Counted from the stretch's first letter, positions 41,582 through 52,120 are shown. The stretch: DNA of 54,978 nucleotides from a virus (IMGVR_UViG_3300023242_000561:1-54978); one strand, 5' to 3'. Program-made: numbers and translations. Notes: generated by a model not told the origin, from the letters alone.

Positions 41582-43060
41582 TTACGCTAACAACATTTTA
41601 AAACTGTTGGTAGGTCTAGGGTGATGTAATCCAGCAGTTCTACCGAACTCAATGCTAGAAGCATCAATATCGTTAGACACTACATTACTATTGTAACCAG
41701 CGAAGTTCATGTCATTAACACCAAGTACCGCTTTCTCCCAAGCAACATTACCTTCTTCAGCTAAGAAGATTAGGTTAGGCTTTGAAGAATAAGTACTCTT
41801 GTCAATGAAATACATATCACCTGATGCTTTAGGAAGGTTAGTTCCAGGATAGTTAGCTGACTTAAGTGCTCTCGGCCCTTTATCAAGTACAGCATTATAA
41901 ACAATCTTAATGGTATGACCATCAACATGCTTATACTGTACAAAGTAACCTCCGTACTCTAAACCACCATCAACATTCCTTACGAAACTTCCATCATTAA
42001 CAGTAATAGTCATGTTCAGACTATTCATCTTAGTATGTAAAGCTTCAGAAAATAACCTTCTACCTAAAGTACCTGTATGTAATTCGATAGTCACTTTACC
42101 ACCATCAGCGTTTTGTGATGCATTGTAGAACACCTCATCAATCATACTAGAAAGCATACTTTCAGTAATGGTTGATACACTTCGGCTGTTCATAATCTGC
42201 TCGTCAATACCTGACATGTGAGGAGTAGGTTCGCCTGAATTAATATCATAATCCATGATGTTACCTTCAGTATCTCTATTGTAACGTGACCACCACATAG
42301 AGTATTCAACAGAAGACATCATTTGTAATTCAAACAAATATTTCTCAAAGTCAACGTAAGTAGTGAATACTTCATCGTCAATTTGAGCTTCCATAACAAG
42401 AACCTTGTTACCTACGTTTCCTTCATAATTCAAAGTATCACGTACAAATTCAGCAGAGTTTCTCACTTTGCTCCAAGCTTGTCCTTTAAAGCTGTTACCT
42501 CTTGAACCTTTAAGACCAACTCTCGTAGGCATTTTAGTCCAAAGTTTACCACCAGCAAAGTCACTCAAAGGAACATAAGCGTTAACATTCTTACCAAGAA
42601 CTTTCATGGTATAGACTGTCTTATTACCTCTAGGCTCTACCTTATAGATTTTACAATGTTGACCTGAAGGTGATTCAACTTCATGATCTCTTTCGTAGTA
42701 TCTCTCAGTTGACCAAAACTCAAAGAAAGTCTTGTTCTTACCTGGAGTACCTGAACTATAAGGACTACCAGCACTATAAACGCCTTTTCTAGGTCTACCT
42801 AATACTCTGTCCTGTGAAGATAAGTCTGTTGAATCCAACAGCTTAACATTACCCTCTCCTAATGTGGAAAGGTAAAGCGGAAACTCAGCACTACCATCAC
42901 CAGATGCTCCCCATCTAGCAAATAGTTGAGTTATCGCAGGGTGCAACAACGTAGCTTCTGGAGCTACTTTAAGCTCTGTAAGACTGTCTATGCTAGTAAA
43001 CTTCTCAGCACTATACACATCAGGGTACACAGCAAATTGTGGGTTAATACCTCTTGCCAT
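41582..43060 (-). CDS. Major capsid protein
   Basis: 492 aa; MWWSRYN, SGIDEQI, TGTLG..LF, YGGYFVQY..VDGHTI motifs of the crAss MCP. Confidence 0.92.
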   Translation of the reverse strand: MARGINPQFAVYPDVYSAEKFTSIDSLTELKVAPEATLLHPAITQLFARWGASGDGSAEFPLYLSTLGEGNVKLLDSTDLSSQDRVLGRPRKGVYSAGSPYSSGTPGKNKTFFEFWSTERYYERDHEVESPSGQHCKIYKVEPRGNKTVYTMKVLGKNVNAYVPLSDFAGGKLWTKMPTRVGLKGSRGNSFKGQAWSKVRNSAEFVRDTLNYEGNVGNKVLVMEAQIDDEVFTTYVDFEKYLFELQMMSSVEYSMWWSRYNRDTEGNIMDYDINSGEPTPHMSGIDEQIMNSRSVSTITESMLSSMIDEVFYNASQNADGGKVTIELHTGTLGRRLFSEALHTKMNSLNMTITVNDGSFVRNVDGGLEYGGYFVQYKHVDGHTIKIVYNAVLDKGPRALKSANYPGTNLPKASGDMYFIDKSTYSSKPNLIFLAEEGNVAWEKAVLGVNDMNFAGYNSNVVSNDIDASSIEFGRTAGLHHPRPTNSFKMLLA

Positions 43061-43099
43061 AATAAATCAATTAAATTTACTTTTTTGTTTACAATTTTA

Positions 43100-44368
43100 C
43101 TATCTTCCTAGGTCTTGCAATTTCAAAGCAAGCTTCTTCATACTACTAGGTTTCTTAATAGCAGCATTCTTACCACCACCATTTAATCTAGAAGTAATAT
43201 CAAGACCTTCAAAGTCTTTCATACCAAACCCACCTTTATTAGAGCTACCTGAAGTCTGTACATTAAAGTCTTTCCAAACAAGATACTTGAACAACAAGTC
43301 TTGTTTAACATTAAGTGCATCTTCTTTCTTTTCTATTTCAGTAAGTCCTGTATCGTCTCTCTTAGTCAAGGCTTCAACAAACTTAGTGAGTTCATTGTCA
43401 GCTATCTTAAGCATACCTAAGTCTTTCGACTTAAGAACATTTACCATCTCAACTCTCTCCGCTTCTCTATTTCTATTAACAGCATCCATCCTGTTCTGAT
43501 AGTTCTGCTTTATTGTTTTTAGAGTTTGTGAACGAGCATTGTTTATCTTATCCGCTATTTCTTTAGCACTCTTGACAAGTTGATCATTCTCAGCTAAATT
43601 CTCAATAACTCTATCTGCAACTTCTTTAGAAGTTCCTGTCATAGAATTACGTACAATAGACTTCAAAGTTTCTTCAGGAGTATTTTCATCAATCTTAATT
43701 GAATCAGTACCACCTGTTGTAACAAACTGAGCAAAGTCTTTTGAATTATAACCAGCTTTAATAAACTCGTCATGTAAAGCTAAAGTAGGATTGTTCTTAA
43801 ACTCTCTTTGGATGATAGAAGCTTTGTTTTTCTCAATCAGATCATTTGCATAATCTGTAGCTAACTGCTTTAACCCATCATAAGATTCAGGATATTCAGC
43901 TTGAGTTTCAAAACCTAAAGATTCTCTAAATGAAGAAACTACTTTCTTCTTAGGTTCATCATCATCACCTTCTTCTCCAACAGCAGCTTGAGCAGCCTTA
44001 GCAGCTTTTTCTTCTTCACTATCACCACCCTCTTCACCAGAAGAACCTGATTGTTCTTTAGCTTTATCTAAGACCTGTTGAGCCATTTTCAACTTCTCCT
44101 TTGGATCCTTAATGGCACTAAAATGTACCTTAAGTCCATCATCCATATGTTCAGTAGCTTCATTAAATAACTTGTCGTTATTATCACCACCTGAACCATC
44201 TGATCCTGCATTTAAAGGATCACCACCTAAACCACCCTCATTACCAGCACCCTTGTTATCATTATTGAGTTTACTAGTATTTAAGGGCCTACCCACACTA
44301 AAAGTGCCACTTAACGGTTTTATAGTTTCCGCTAATTGAATGCCATCATTTTGACCACTTTGTTTCAT
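43100..44368 (-). CDS. Putative scaffold / head assembly protein
   Basis: Acidic, low-complexity N-terminus and coiled coil; between portal and MCP. Confidence 0.65.
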   Translation of the reverse strand: MKQSGQNDGIQLAETIKPLSGTFSVGRPLNTSKLNNDNKGAGNEGGLGGDPLNAGSDGSGGDNNDKLFNEATEHMDDGLKVHFSAIKDPKEKLKMAQQVLDKAKEQSGSSGEEGGDSEEEKAAKAAQAAVGEEGDDDEPKKKVVSSFRESLGFETQAEYPESYDGLKQLATDYANDLIEKNKASIIQREFKNNPTLALHDEFIKAGYNSKDFAQFVTTGGTDSIKIDENTPEETLKSIVRNSMTGTSKEVADRVIENLAENDQLVKSAKEIADKINNARSQTLKTIKQNYQNRMDAVNRNREAERVEMVNVLKSKDLGMLKIADNELTKFVEALTKRDDTGLTEIEKKEDALNVKQDLLFKYLVWKDFNVQTSGSSNKGGFGMKDFEGLDITSRLNGGGKNAAIKKPSSMKKLALKLQDLGR

Positions 44369-44432
44369 AGACTACAATTATATTAAAATTAACAACATAT
44401 TCACAACTACTATTATAAGGGGAAGTATCTAA

Positions 44433-46796
44433 TTATTTTTCACCAACCACTTTATTCTTGAGTTGGGTTTCCTGATTGATTCTAGCAATCTTTTCTGAGG
44501 ATTTAATTTTCTCTCTATCAACATTGATTTTTTCAGAACCAATTTTGAAATCCATAACTGTTTTCATTCTCTCATTAAGAAGCTTCGTCATTCCTTCCCT
44601 ATCCTTAACATTACCATTATCATCAAGTTTTTCTGCCATGTCAGCATAAAGCTTACGCATTTCAATACGTTCTTTAGTCTGATCAGTATTAAGGCTTGCT
44701 TGATACCTTGTCATTATATCTTTATCTTTTAAAGAATTTTCTAATTGGCTTTTACCTTGTTCTACTTCAACCATAGCCTGTTGTGCTCTCTGTTGCGATT
44801 CTTGGAGTTGTTGTGACATTCTTTCAAGCTTGTCGAGAGCTTTACTCATTTCACCCATATTGTCAGCTCCAACGATCTCTTTTATCAATGCAGGAGAAGC
44901 TGAATTTTGAGCAAATGTGAAAGCCAGTTCTCGCATCTGTCTTAGTTTAACTTCTTCTCTAGGGTCAAATCTAAAATAGAATCCCATTTCTTCTTGTGTA
45001 TGATTAGGATCAATCTCATAGTAAGTTTGCTGACCAGCATTATTCTTATACATACCTTGCTTACCGTTCTGCCAAGCAGACTGTCCATAATCAATAAGAC
45101 CTTGGCCTTCTTTCTCTAAGAACTTCATATAACGTAATATGAAATCTTCCATAGAAGTAGAAGAATTTTCTTGTGCCATACTAGCAACACCTTTACCTGT
45201 AGATGGAGATATGTCTCCTATTCTAGCATCACTAAAACCTACCTTACGCATAGCCATCATTATGATCTTATCTACATAGTCCATCAGGAACTTAAGATAC
45301 TCATGGAAACTAAGATCAATACTTTTTATATACTGTAGTGCTCTAAGTACATTATCATCAACATCTTCTATGAAACCTATACCTTCAGTTTCTAAGAAGT
45401 GTAAGAAGTCAAACATATCTAAGTCTTCTTTCTCTGGAATAATACTTAGTGGTAAGAAAGTAAGTCTACCTTTTGATCTTCCTAAAGTCATCATTCCTTT
45501 GTACAAAGCGAAGTTAATATTATGTTCAAATGGCATAAGTCCTTCTACAAAAGACTGACCTCTAAATAACATACCGTTATATCTCTTCTTAATATTTGTA
45601 GGGTCATTAACTTTTCTTCTTTGTTTACCTAATATTCCCACACCTATACTTATATCATCAATTCTAGTACCTTCAAAGTTTACAGGTAAATATCTCCAAT
45701 TAGATACTTTACTGTGATCAAAATAATCTCTAGTAACTAGAACTTGATTTTGAGCACCTGTTACTGGATCAGGAACTATTATGTCACCCATCTCCATATA
45801 ACCAGTAAACTCTATATGAAAAACAAAGTGTTCTTCTTCACCACTACTTATGGTAGTCTCACCTAACGGTTGTCCTATTTTTATTTTAGATAAAGGCCCG
45901 TAAGGACTATTCTGCATACTTACCGTCTTTGCAGATAGACCCTGTAATATCATATTGTTACGAAACTTACTACTAGATACCCCATTCTGTAGTTTCTCAA
46001 TTTGTTTTTCACTAAGTATGTCTCCAAAGTTTGATATAATCTCAGAGACTTTCATTAGTTTACGTCTTACTACAGCTTCAGAATCTTCAAGATACTTTAT
46101 ATTCCTAGAAGCATAGAAGCCTATTTCATTAGGGTGAATAATCTCATGTACAGCTCGGTTATCATATACATACTTGTAAGTAAATATACTATTAGTACAT
46201 AGTATATAATATAAACCTTCTGCAAATTGTTCATCTAAATCTAATTCAGCACGTAACAACTCATAGATAGTCTTATTACTTTCAATATAATCATCAGCCC
46301 AAGCTTCCTCAAACTTCTTCATGTCGTTAGGATAATCTACAGGAAACCTATCTGTTTCAACAGGAAAACCTAGATCATTTAATGTAGTTAGGAATAATTG
46401 ATTAAGTTTCTCTCTAGAGTACTTAACCATTGCAATCTTCTTACGATTAAATGATTCAGGAGACTTTGATAGAATGTGACCTTGCTTATCACGTTTCCTA
46501 AACTCCCCTAGAATGGTATTAACCAAAGTAGGTATAATAATACCATAGTTAAATAATCTTGCAGGAACTTTCCTATCAGGTTGATCATCTCCATGAGGTT
46601 TGAGTACATAGTTATAATCATCCTCAATAAGCATACCTTCCGCAGCAGCAAAGTTCTTTTCAAAATCATTTTCATTAAACGTACTGTTTGCTATGTAAAA
46701 GTCCATAGCTTGTGTTAACAGATTCTTAGGATTTTCCTTAGTACCTATGTTTTCTGTTAACTTATTAAACGGAACTCTTAAGTTGGGCTTTGTCAT
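44433..46796 (-). CDS. Portal protein
   Basis: 787 aa; Y.YVL.P, NYGII.P..NTILGE..KR, G.SDARIG.I motifs; follows terminase. Confidence 0.9.
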   Translation of the reverse strand: MTKPNLRVPFNKLTENIGTKENPKNLLTQAMDFYIANSTFNENDFEKNFAAAEGMLIEDDYNYVLKPHGDDQPDRKVPARLFNYGIIIPTLVNTILGEFRKRDKQGHILSKSPESFNRKKIAMVKYSREKLNQLFLTTLNDLGFPVETDRFPVDYPNDMKKFEEAWADDYIESNKTIYELLRAELDLDEQFAEGLYYILCTNSIFTYKYVYDNRAVHEIIHPNEIGFYASRNIKYLEDSEAVVRRKLMKVSEIISNFGDILSEKQIEKLQNGVSSSKFRNNMILQGLSAKTVSMQNSPYGPLSKIKIGQPLGETTISSGEEEHFVFHIEFTGYMEMGDIIVPDPVTGAQNQVLVTRDYFDHSKVSNWRYLPVNFEGTRIDDISIGVGILGKQRRKVNDPTNIKKRYNGMLFRGQSFVEGLMPFEHNINFALYKGMMTLGRSKGRLTFLPLSIIPEKEDLDMFDFLHFLETEGIGFIEDVDDNVLRALQYIKSIDLSFHEYLKFLMDYVDKIIMMAMRKVGFSDARIGDISPSTGKGVASMAQENSSTSMEDFILRYMKFLEKEGQGLIDYGQSAWQNGKQGMYKNNAGQQTYYEIDPNHTQEEMGFYFRFDPREEVKLRQMRELAFTFAQNSASPALIKEIVGADNMGEMSKALDKLERMSQQLQESQQRAQQAMVEVEQGKSQLENSLKDKDIMTRYQASLNTDQTKERIEMRKLYADMAEKLDDNGNVKDREGMTKLLNERMKTVMDFKIGSEKINVDREKIKSSEKIARINQETQLKNKVVGEK

Positions 46797-46798
46797 AA

Positions 46799-48967
46799 TT
46801 AATTTCTTCTTTCTATACGATCTGACCTTAATACTCCATTAGGTAATCCCGAATCAGAATTTTTCCCCAAAATACGAGAAAAATATTTACTTTTTGAATC
46901 ATTTGTCACACTTGATATTTTAGCTATCTTCTTTTTCCAAGCCATTTCTTTTCTAAAGAACATACCTACTCTTAATGCAGCTATTCTATCAAAGTTACCT
47001 TCATCGTCATAAACTTCTAATTCTTTATGAAGTCCAGGATCAGGAATACGATCTATGGTATAAATCTTTCTACCTGTATCACCATCAGTACTTCTTTCAT
47101 TAAATAACCAATCTCTTAGGTATTCATCTCCAATCTTTTTTCTTGTGTTATCTCTACCTGAAGATATTTTAACACCAAAACCACTACGCATAGAAGTACT
47201 AGCAATATTCTCATTAAAGTCAAGAGTTAGTTCAGGAAATAACCATCTCACCTTATTGTTAGCTTTCGCAAAACCTACTATGTCACTACCTTCATCTTCA
47301 AAACAAATCTTAGCATTATAGTATTCAGCCAAATCAAATAGTATCTCATTAAACTGACTAGTACTACTAGGTCTACCTATATAAGAAGCTATAATCGTAT
47401 CATCAGGTTTAGCGAAGTTATTAATATTTCTTATAACATATATCGCACCTACAGAAACAGAAGTAGGAGCTTCATCAAAGTTAAAAGGGTCAACACATAT
47501 ATAATGTAACCATTCAGGTATTTCACCTGTTTCAGGGTGTCTCCAAGGTGGATCATATACTATAACACAACCAGGTCTTTTAGATTTAGGTTTAACAGGA
47601 TAATCATAGAAAGGAGCTATGTCCATAGTACGTACAAAAGTCAAGTCTTGTCCTACTCTCTCAAGCTTACCACAGATAGACATATTATCTATATATCCTG
47701 TCTGCTTCATATCTATAGCTAATTGACTTATGTAGTCAGGTCTAAAGATATTAACCCCTGTATTAAGCATAGCTTCTTTAGGTTCAAAGGGGTGTTCCGC
47801 AGCGTGTTGTAAAAAGTCATTAGGATCATCAGAGTCTCTCATTATAGCACGTTTCTTTTCAAGTCGTGCTTTCATAGTAGCCTTATCTGAGTTACCGTTT
47901 TCATCTTTACAGTTAATGTTCATATAGGCAGGAGTAAACAAACAGAAAGGTCTTCCGTGTCTTCCTTTATCCCATATGTTATTTAATGGTAATATATTAT
48001 GTGGTCTAGGGTTGTAAGCCATTTGTTTCATTGAACTAAAGTTAGAGCCTTCAGTACCACCTGTACCCCAACCTAATCTTAATCCCCATGATATATCACC
48101 TTGTCTTACAGAGTCATCTGTTATACGCCATGCACGAATGTAGTTAGCAAAGTTACCTATCTCTTCATAACTAATTAACTTACCCCTCTTACCTCTAATC
48201 TTTTCTACATCATCTTTAAGTGATATACCTATAACCTCACTCATAAAGCTATCCGCACTTTCCATCTCAGTAACAGGGTCTTTAAAAGAAGCTCTAAAGT
48301 GCATCTCACTAGCTGACTTCTTTACATCACTAGCTTTAGTAAATCCAGTATTCTCATTTATAAATGAAAGATAACTAGTAAACTTATTATAAAGACCGTC
48401 ACGTTGTAAGTATTCTTTGTTATCTGCTACAATGAAACTCTTAGAACCTGGTATAGTAAAGTAGTTTCTGGCTGGCATACTTCCACCCATATAAGAAGCA
48501 CCTACACCCCTTGGCTTGAGATACATAGCATCAAATCCACCAGAAGCAATATCATCTTCAGAAAAGAACGGTAGTTCCTCAGCATGATCTGTACCTATGT
48601 AATCTAACTTCTCTAAGTTTCTTAATCCATTCTCTGCAACTTCACAATAAATAAAGAAGTCATAATTGACATCCCACATAGCAGGAAAGTCTTTCTTTCT
48701 TTCTCCAACTCTTCTAGCATTAGTTGACTTAGTACCATGTGTCTCACCGTAAGTTTCTTCTGTTATATCTATAGGACAGAAATTTAACCAGAAATAATGA
48801 TAACCACTTATGTAAACATCACCAACACGATAACCGTATATACTACGTTTAGCACGTTCTCTCCAAAACTGGTTATATTCATCTGTACCAGGTTCACCAC
48901 AGTCATACTTACCATGACGTTTGAAGTAATTGGCATCTTCACTAAAATAGGCTGAGTTTGTTAACAT
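46799..48967 (-). CDS. terL: Terminase large subunit
   Basis: ISGYHYFWLNF, Walker A KPRGVGAS, RGKRG..ISYEE, GTGG, nuclease VDP and GNFDRI. Confidence 0.95.
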   Translation of the reverse strand: MLTNSAYFSEDANYFKRHGKYDCGEPGTDEYNQFWRERAKRSIYGYRVGDVYISGYHYFWLNFCPIDITEETYGETHGTKSTNARRVGERKKDFPAMWDVNYDFFIYCEVAENGLRNLEKLDYIGTDHAEELPFFSEDDIASGGFDAMYLKPRGVGASYMGGSMPARNYFTIPGSKSFIVADNKEYLQRDGLYNKFTSYLSFINENTGFTKASDVKKSASEMHFRASFKDPVTEMESADSFMSEVIGISLKDDVEKIRGKRGKLISYEEIGNFANYIRAWRITDDSVRQGDISWGLRLGWGTGGTEGSNFSSMKQMAYNPRPHNILPLNNIWDKGRHGRPFCLFTPAYMNINCKDENGNSDKATMKARLEKKRAIMRDSDDPNDFLQHAAEHPFEPKEAMLNTGVNIFRPDYISQLAIDMKQTGYIDNMSICGKLERVGQDLTFVRTMDIAPFYDYPVKPKSKRPGCVIVYDPPWRHPETGEIPEWLHYICVDPFNFDEAPTSVSVGAIYVIRNINNFAKPDDTIIASYIGRPSSTSQFNEILFDLAEYYNAKICFEDEGSDIVGFAKANNKVRWLFPELTLDFNENIASTSMRSGFGVKISSGRDNTRKKIGDEYLRDWLFNERSTDGDTGRKIYTIDRIPDPGLHKELEVYDDEGNFDRIAALRVGMFFRKEMAWKKKIAKISSVTNDSKSKYFSRILGKNSDSGLPNGVLRSDRIERRN

Positions 48968-49656
48968 TAATCTATCTTTCTAACTGATACACCACCATTA
49001 TGACCATTGACAATATCATCTACATTTTTCTTCTGTTCTAAGTAGTTGATATTCTTACCACCTTTTCTACCTTTACTTTTACTAGATAGTTCAATAGTAT
49101 GTTGCTTCTCTAACTTATCTAAAGAGTTAATCTTATCAGGAAGTTCCTTAGAGAACTTAAATATTTCATCTAACTGATTCAACAAGAAAGAAGTATTATC
49201 GTCCTTCTTACCACCACTAGTTTCGTGAGGTTCATTCATTTTCATTTCAGCATACTCAAGACCTTCTTTCACTTTAGCTTTTAGTAGCTTAATAACACTA
49301 TTAGTTAACCTTAAAGCATCTTGAGTTTCCCATATAGTATCTAACGTAAGTGTTCTTTGTTGATACTTATATTCAGCAATACAACTATTAACTTCATCAG
49401 GAAGTTCATAATCTTTATCCATACCTAATGATCTACGAACCCTTGACTCTGCTTCATCAAGTTCATAGTTATTTAAGTATGTACTACGATAATCTGCCAT
49501 ATAGTAGATATACGTAAGAAGCCTAAGTTTTTCTTCCTTATCCTTACTTTTATCTTCACTATATATCTTCTTCAGTAGGTTCTTGAACGGAACTACTGAA
49601 AACAGAATCGGATTGTACTTCACCATCCCACTCTCTATTACTACGAGGTCTACCAT
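48967..49656 (-). CDS. Conserved protein upstream of terL (terminase small subunit candidate)
   Basis: DKSKDK...YIYYMADYRS.Y motif; coupled to terL. Confidence 0.6.
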   Translation of the reverse strand: MVDLVVIESGMVKYNPILFSVVPFKNLLKKIYSEDKSKDKEEKLRLLTYIYYMADYRSTYLNNYELDEAESRVRRSLGMDKDYELPDEVNSCIAEYKYQQRTLTLDTIWETQDALRLTNSVIKLLKAKVKEGLEYAEMKMNEPHETSGGKKDDNTSFLLNQLDEIFKFSKELPDKINSLDKLEKQHTIELSSKSKGRKGGKNINYLEQKKNVDDIVNGHNGGVSVRKID

Positions 49657-49885
49657 TTCTTTTTAAGGTTAATCTATCTAAAAATCTAGGAACAAACTTA
49701 TACTGACCAAATGCTTTAAAGCTAAATACAACTTGTTTATCTTTGTTATCTTCTATATGAAACCTAAAGAACTCAGGAACAATATTAATAACATCTCTAA
49801 CAACTTCTTCACTCATTCCTGTTTCACTACTAATTACTTTCACATCAGCATCAGTAATGATAGGTTTTATTCTTCTATTTCCCAT
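49559..49885 (-). CDS. HU/IHF-like DNA-binding protein
   Basis: ISSETGMSEEVVRDVI...FGQYK pattern. Confidence 0.65.
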   Translation of the reverse strand: MGNRRIKPIITDADVKVISSETGMSEEVVRDVINIVPEFFRFHIEDNKDKQVVFSFKAFGQYKFVPRFLDRLTLKRNGRPRSNREWDGEVQSDSVFSSSVQEPTEEDI

Positions 49886-50199
49886 ACAAATATTATTCCT
49901 TTATGACTACTACTCAATAACAAAAGTTCATTAATGACGAGTTCGTTATTAGCTTTCAAAATTACTGACTTATCTTTCAGACTTTTTATATATACATTAA
50001 TATTACTAATGTTTAAATCAGAAGCTAATTGTCTTCTGACTTCAGTAGTAATACACTTTTCATTAAGTCTTGTCATACACTTTAAACACTTCACTAATAC
50101 TTCACTCTCTTTAGGAGATAGATTAAACACACCTTGTAACAACTGAAGGTAGTCTTCGTAATTTCTTATACGTATCTTGAATACTTTAAAGTCTTTCAT
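49867..50199 (-). CDS. Winged-helix DNA-binding protein (RepL/MarR-like)
   Basis: LSPKE.EVL, RQLASDLNI, YIKSLKDK.VI, IN motif. Confidence 0.65.
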   Translation of the reverse strand: MKDFKVFKIRIRNYEDYLQLLQGVFNLSPKESEVLVKCLKCMTRLNEKCITTEVRRQLASDLNISNINVYIKSLKDKSVILKANNELVINELLLLSSSHKGIIFVWEIEE

Positions 50200-51071
50200 T
50201 TCTTTTTATAATACTTCTTACCGTAAGCTCTCAATATCTTTTCTACTAAGTCAGGTCTATATTCAATAACGTAAGGTTTAAATTGATCAGTTAGCCTACC
50301 CTTCTTATCTCTTATAATATGTTCTATAACTAAACCACATATCTTATAACCAACTTGCTCTAGCATCCAAGCATATATACATAACTGTAAGGTATAATGA
50401 CTAAAGTTACAATCAAGTAACTCATGTACAGGCATTCTCATATGCCTCATATTAAAAGAAGTCTTGTTTAGTTTTTTGTTAGTCTTATAGTCATACAGAT
50501 AAACATTAATACCGTGTTTCTCAATTCTGTCAATAGTACCAGCTAAAGGAAAGTACTTCTTGTTATATATAACGGCTTCTGTGAATATACCATTGAACTC
50601 AAGGGGCGCATGAATAATATCTGAATCTCTACCTGAAGTTACATTAAGAACTTTACCTGAATGAACATTACTATCTTTAATAGTACTACGTATAACTCTA
50701 GCGTTATTGGCATCATTTTCCATATCATCATGAAAAGCAGTACCTTCAGCAGTAGCATCTTTCCATTGATCTAACCAATACTGTTTACGTTCTAACACCG
50801 CTTTAATAAGGAAGGGATTGTTATTATAAACACCTTGTCTTCGTTTATCTCTAAACGTGTTTACTACTTTAGTCCAATCCCTTCCTGAGGCATTATATAA
50901 CTGTTCCCATATACCACTTTGTTGAAAAACATCTTTGATAGCTTTATAAGAAGACATCTTATGTGCATCAAAAGGATCAGACTTAAACTTACTGATTACT
51001 CTAGATACCGACTCATACTCAAGTCTAGCATCATCGAAATACTGATGTTTCTCTAACTCTAACTTAACCAT
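50196..51071 (-). CDS. PD-(D/E)XK (Cas4/RecB-like) nuclease
   Basis: SVS, GTAFH, AGTID, DYKT, YTLQLCIY motifs. Confidence 0.88.
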   Translation of the reverse strand: MVKLELEKHQYFDDARLEYESVSRVISKFKSDPFDAHKMSSYKAIKDVFQQSGIWEQLYNASGRDWTKVVNTFRDKRRQGVYNNNPFLIKAVLERKQYWLDQWKDATAEGTAFHDDMENDANNARVIRSTIKDSNVHSGKVLNVTSGRDSDIIHAPLEFNGIFTEAVIYNKKYFPLAGTIDRIEKHGINVYLYDYKTNKKLNKTSFNMRHMRMPVHELLDCNFSHYTLQLCIYAWMLEQVGYKICGLVIEHIIRDKKGRLTDQFKPYVIEYRPDLVEKILRAYGKKYYKKK

Positions 51072-51076
51072 ACTAA

Positions 51077-51913
51077 CTAGTTTTTCTTATCTTTAGTGGG
51101 TTCAGATGATTGTTTCTTATCCCCTTGAGGAGAGGGATTATGCTTATCCTTAATGCTACTATTCACCAAAGCTCTAAACTTCTCATATCGTATGTTGTAC
51201 AAATCAGAAGTTTTAAACTCAGGAGAAGGTTCAAACATGGTTAAAGCTTTGATCTGTTTTATAGTTCTGGCCGAATTAACTTTCTTTTCTAAGTTATCAA
51301 AGAACTCATTGATATTAGCTTCCAATTCAGCATCTACTTTCTTACCTTTAACTGCCTCATTATTAGCTTCAATATCTTTCTTAACTCGATTAATATCTTC
51401 TTGTTTTTCAGCAATAGTTTTCTCAACTACCTCTAATGGTCTTTCCTCCTCACTATGATCTCTAATAGAATCTTGTTCCATCTGTAAAAATATCACAGAT
51501 TCACTAAGTAGTGTCCAGATTCTTGTTCTGACTATGTTAGCCATATGACTACCTGTTCGATTGAAACTACCTACAATTTCAATTATGTTCTTCAGGTGTA
51601 TCTCAAGAATGTCAAGTTGTTCCAGATAAACTATAGCTTTAGGTCCATTACTTGTAGGAAAGTGTATTGGTGTACGATCTTGTTTCTTTTCAGAATCTCC
51701 CAACTTCAAAGTGTTATTAAACTTAGTTAGCCACCGATTAGCCAAGTCAATTCTCTCAGTAGCATAAATCACATTTATACTAGCTTCTTCTCTCCATAGG
51801 GGGTCATTAAGTTTTAACACTTCTGTAGGACTTAACTTTAAACTCTTAAGAAGTGAAGACATTATTGTTAAATGATTCTTAATCTGTGCTATTATCTCTT
51901 TCTCTATATGCAT
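51077..51913 (-). CDS. Hypothetical helical protein with two helical-hairpin repeats
   Basis: 278 aa; IDLANRWL and LSESVIFL segments; coiled-coil C-terminus. Confidence 0.6.
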   Translation of the reverse strand: MHIEKEIIAQIKNHLTIMSSLLKSLKLSPTEVLKLNDPLWREEASINVIYATERIDLANRWLTKFNNTLKLGDSEKKQDRTPIHFPTSNGPKAIVYLEQLDILEIHLKNIIEIVGSFNRTGSHMANIVRTRIWTLLSESVIFLQMEQDSIRDHSEEERPLEVVEKTIAEKQEDINRVKKDIEANNEAVKGKKVDAELEANINEFFDNLEKKVNSARTIKQIKALTMFEPSPEFKTSDLYNIRYEKFRALVNSSIKDKHNPSPQGDKKQSSEPTKDKKN

Positions 51914-51924
51914 AATCTTACTAT

Positions 51925-52074
51925 TTAAAGTTTCAAATCGTCTGCTGTAGGTGCAATCTTAGTATTATTAGGATTGTAACTTTCAGGATATGGATTAGGC
52001 TCATTCAATCTTTTTAAATTCATACCTAACCACATTATACTTTCCTGTAGTTTATTTGATTCTTGTCCATTCAT
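51925..52074 (-). CDS. 49-aa ORF resembling the C-terminal half of Acb2/Tad1-like hairpin proteins
   Basis: Hand-translated: MNGQESNKLQESIMWLGMNLKRLNEPNPYPESYNPNNTKIAPTADDLKL; below the ORF track cutoff. Confidence 0.7.
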   Translation of the reverse strand: MNGQESNKLQESIMWLGMNLKRLNEPNPYPESYNPNNTKIAPTADDLKL

Positions 52075-52086
52075 AATGTTTAATTT

Positions 52087-52120
52087 AAAATAAAAAAGGG
52101 TAGGCTAATACCTACCCTTT
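52087..52120 (-). terminator. Intrinsic terminator
   Basis: AAAGGGTAGG/CCTACCCTTT perfect stem with a T tract on the minus strand, downstream of the GroES-like gene. Confidence 0.75.

Noticed and set aside
41582-48967. Introns or inteins in MCP, portal or terminase
   Set aside because: ORFs are uninterrupted and of usual size; no intein or homing-endonuclease motifs seen.
50196-51071. Cas4 as part of a CRISPR system
   Set aside because: No Fe-S cysteine set, no array and no other cas genes; a stand-alone PD-(D/E)XK nuclease is usual at this position.
2454-51730. Many plus-strand ORFs of 60-177 aa inside the late module
   Set aside because: They are antisense shadows of long minus-strand genes, Ser/Leu/Phe-rich and without motifs.
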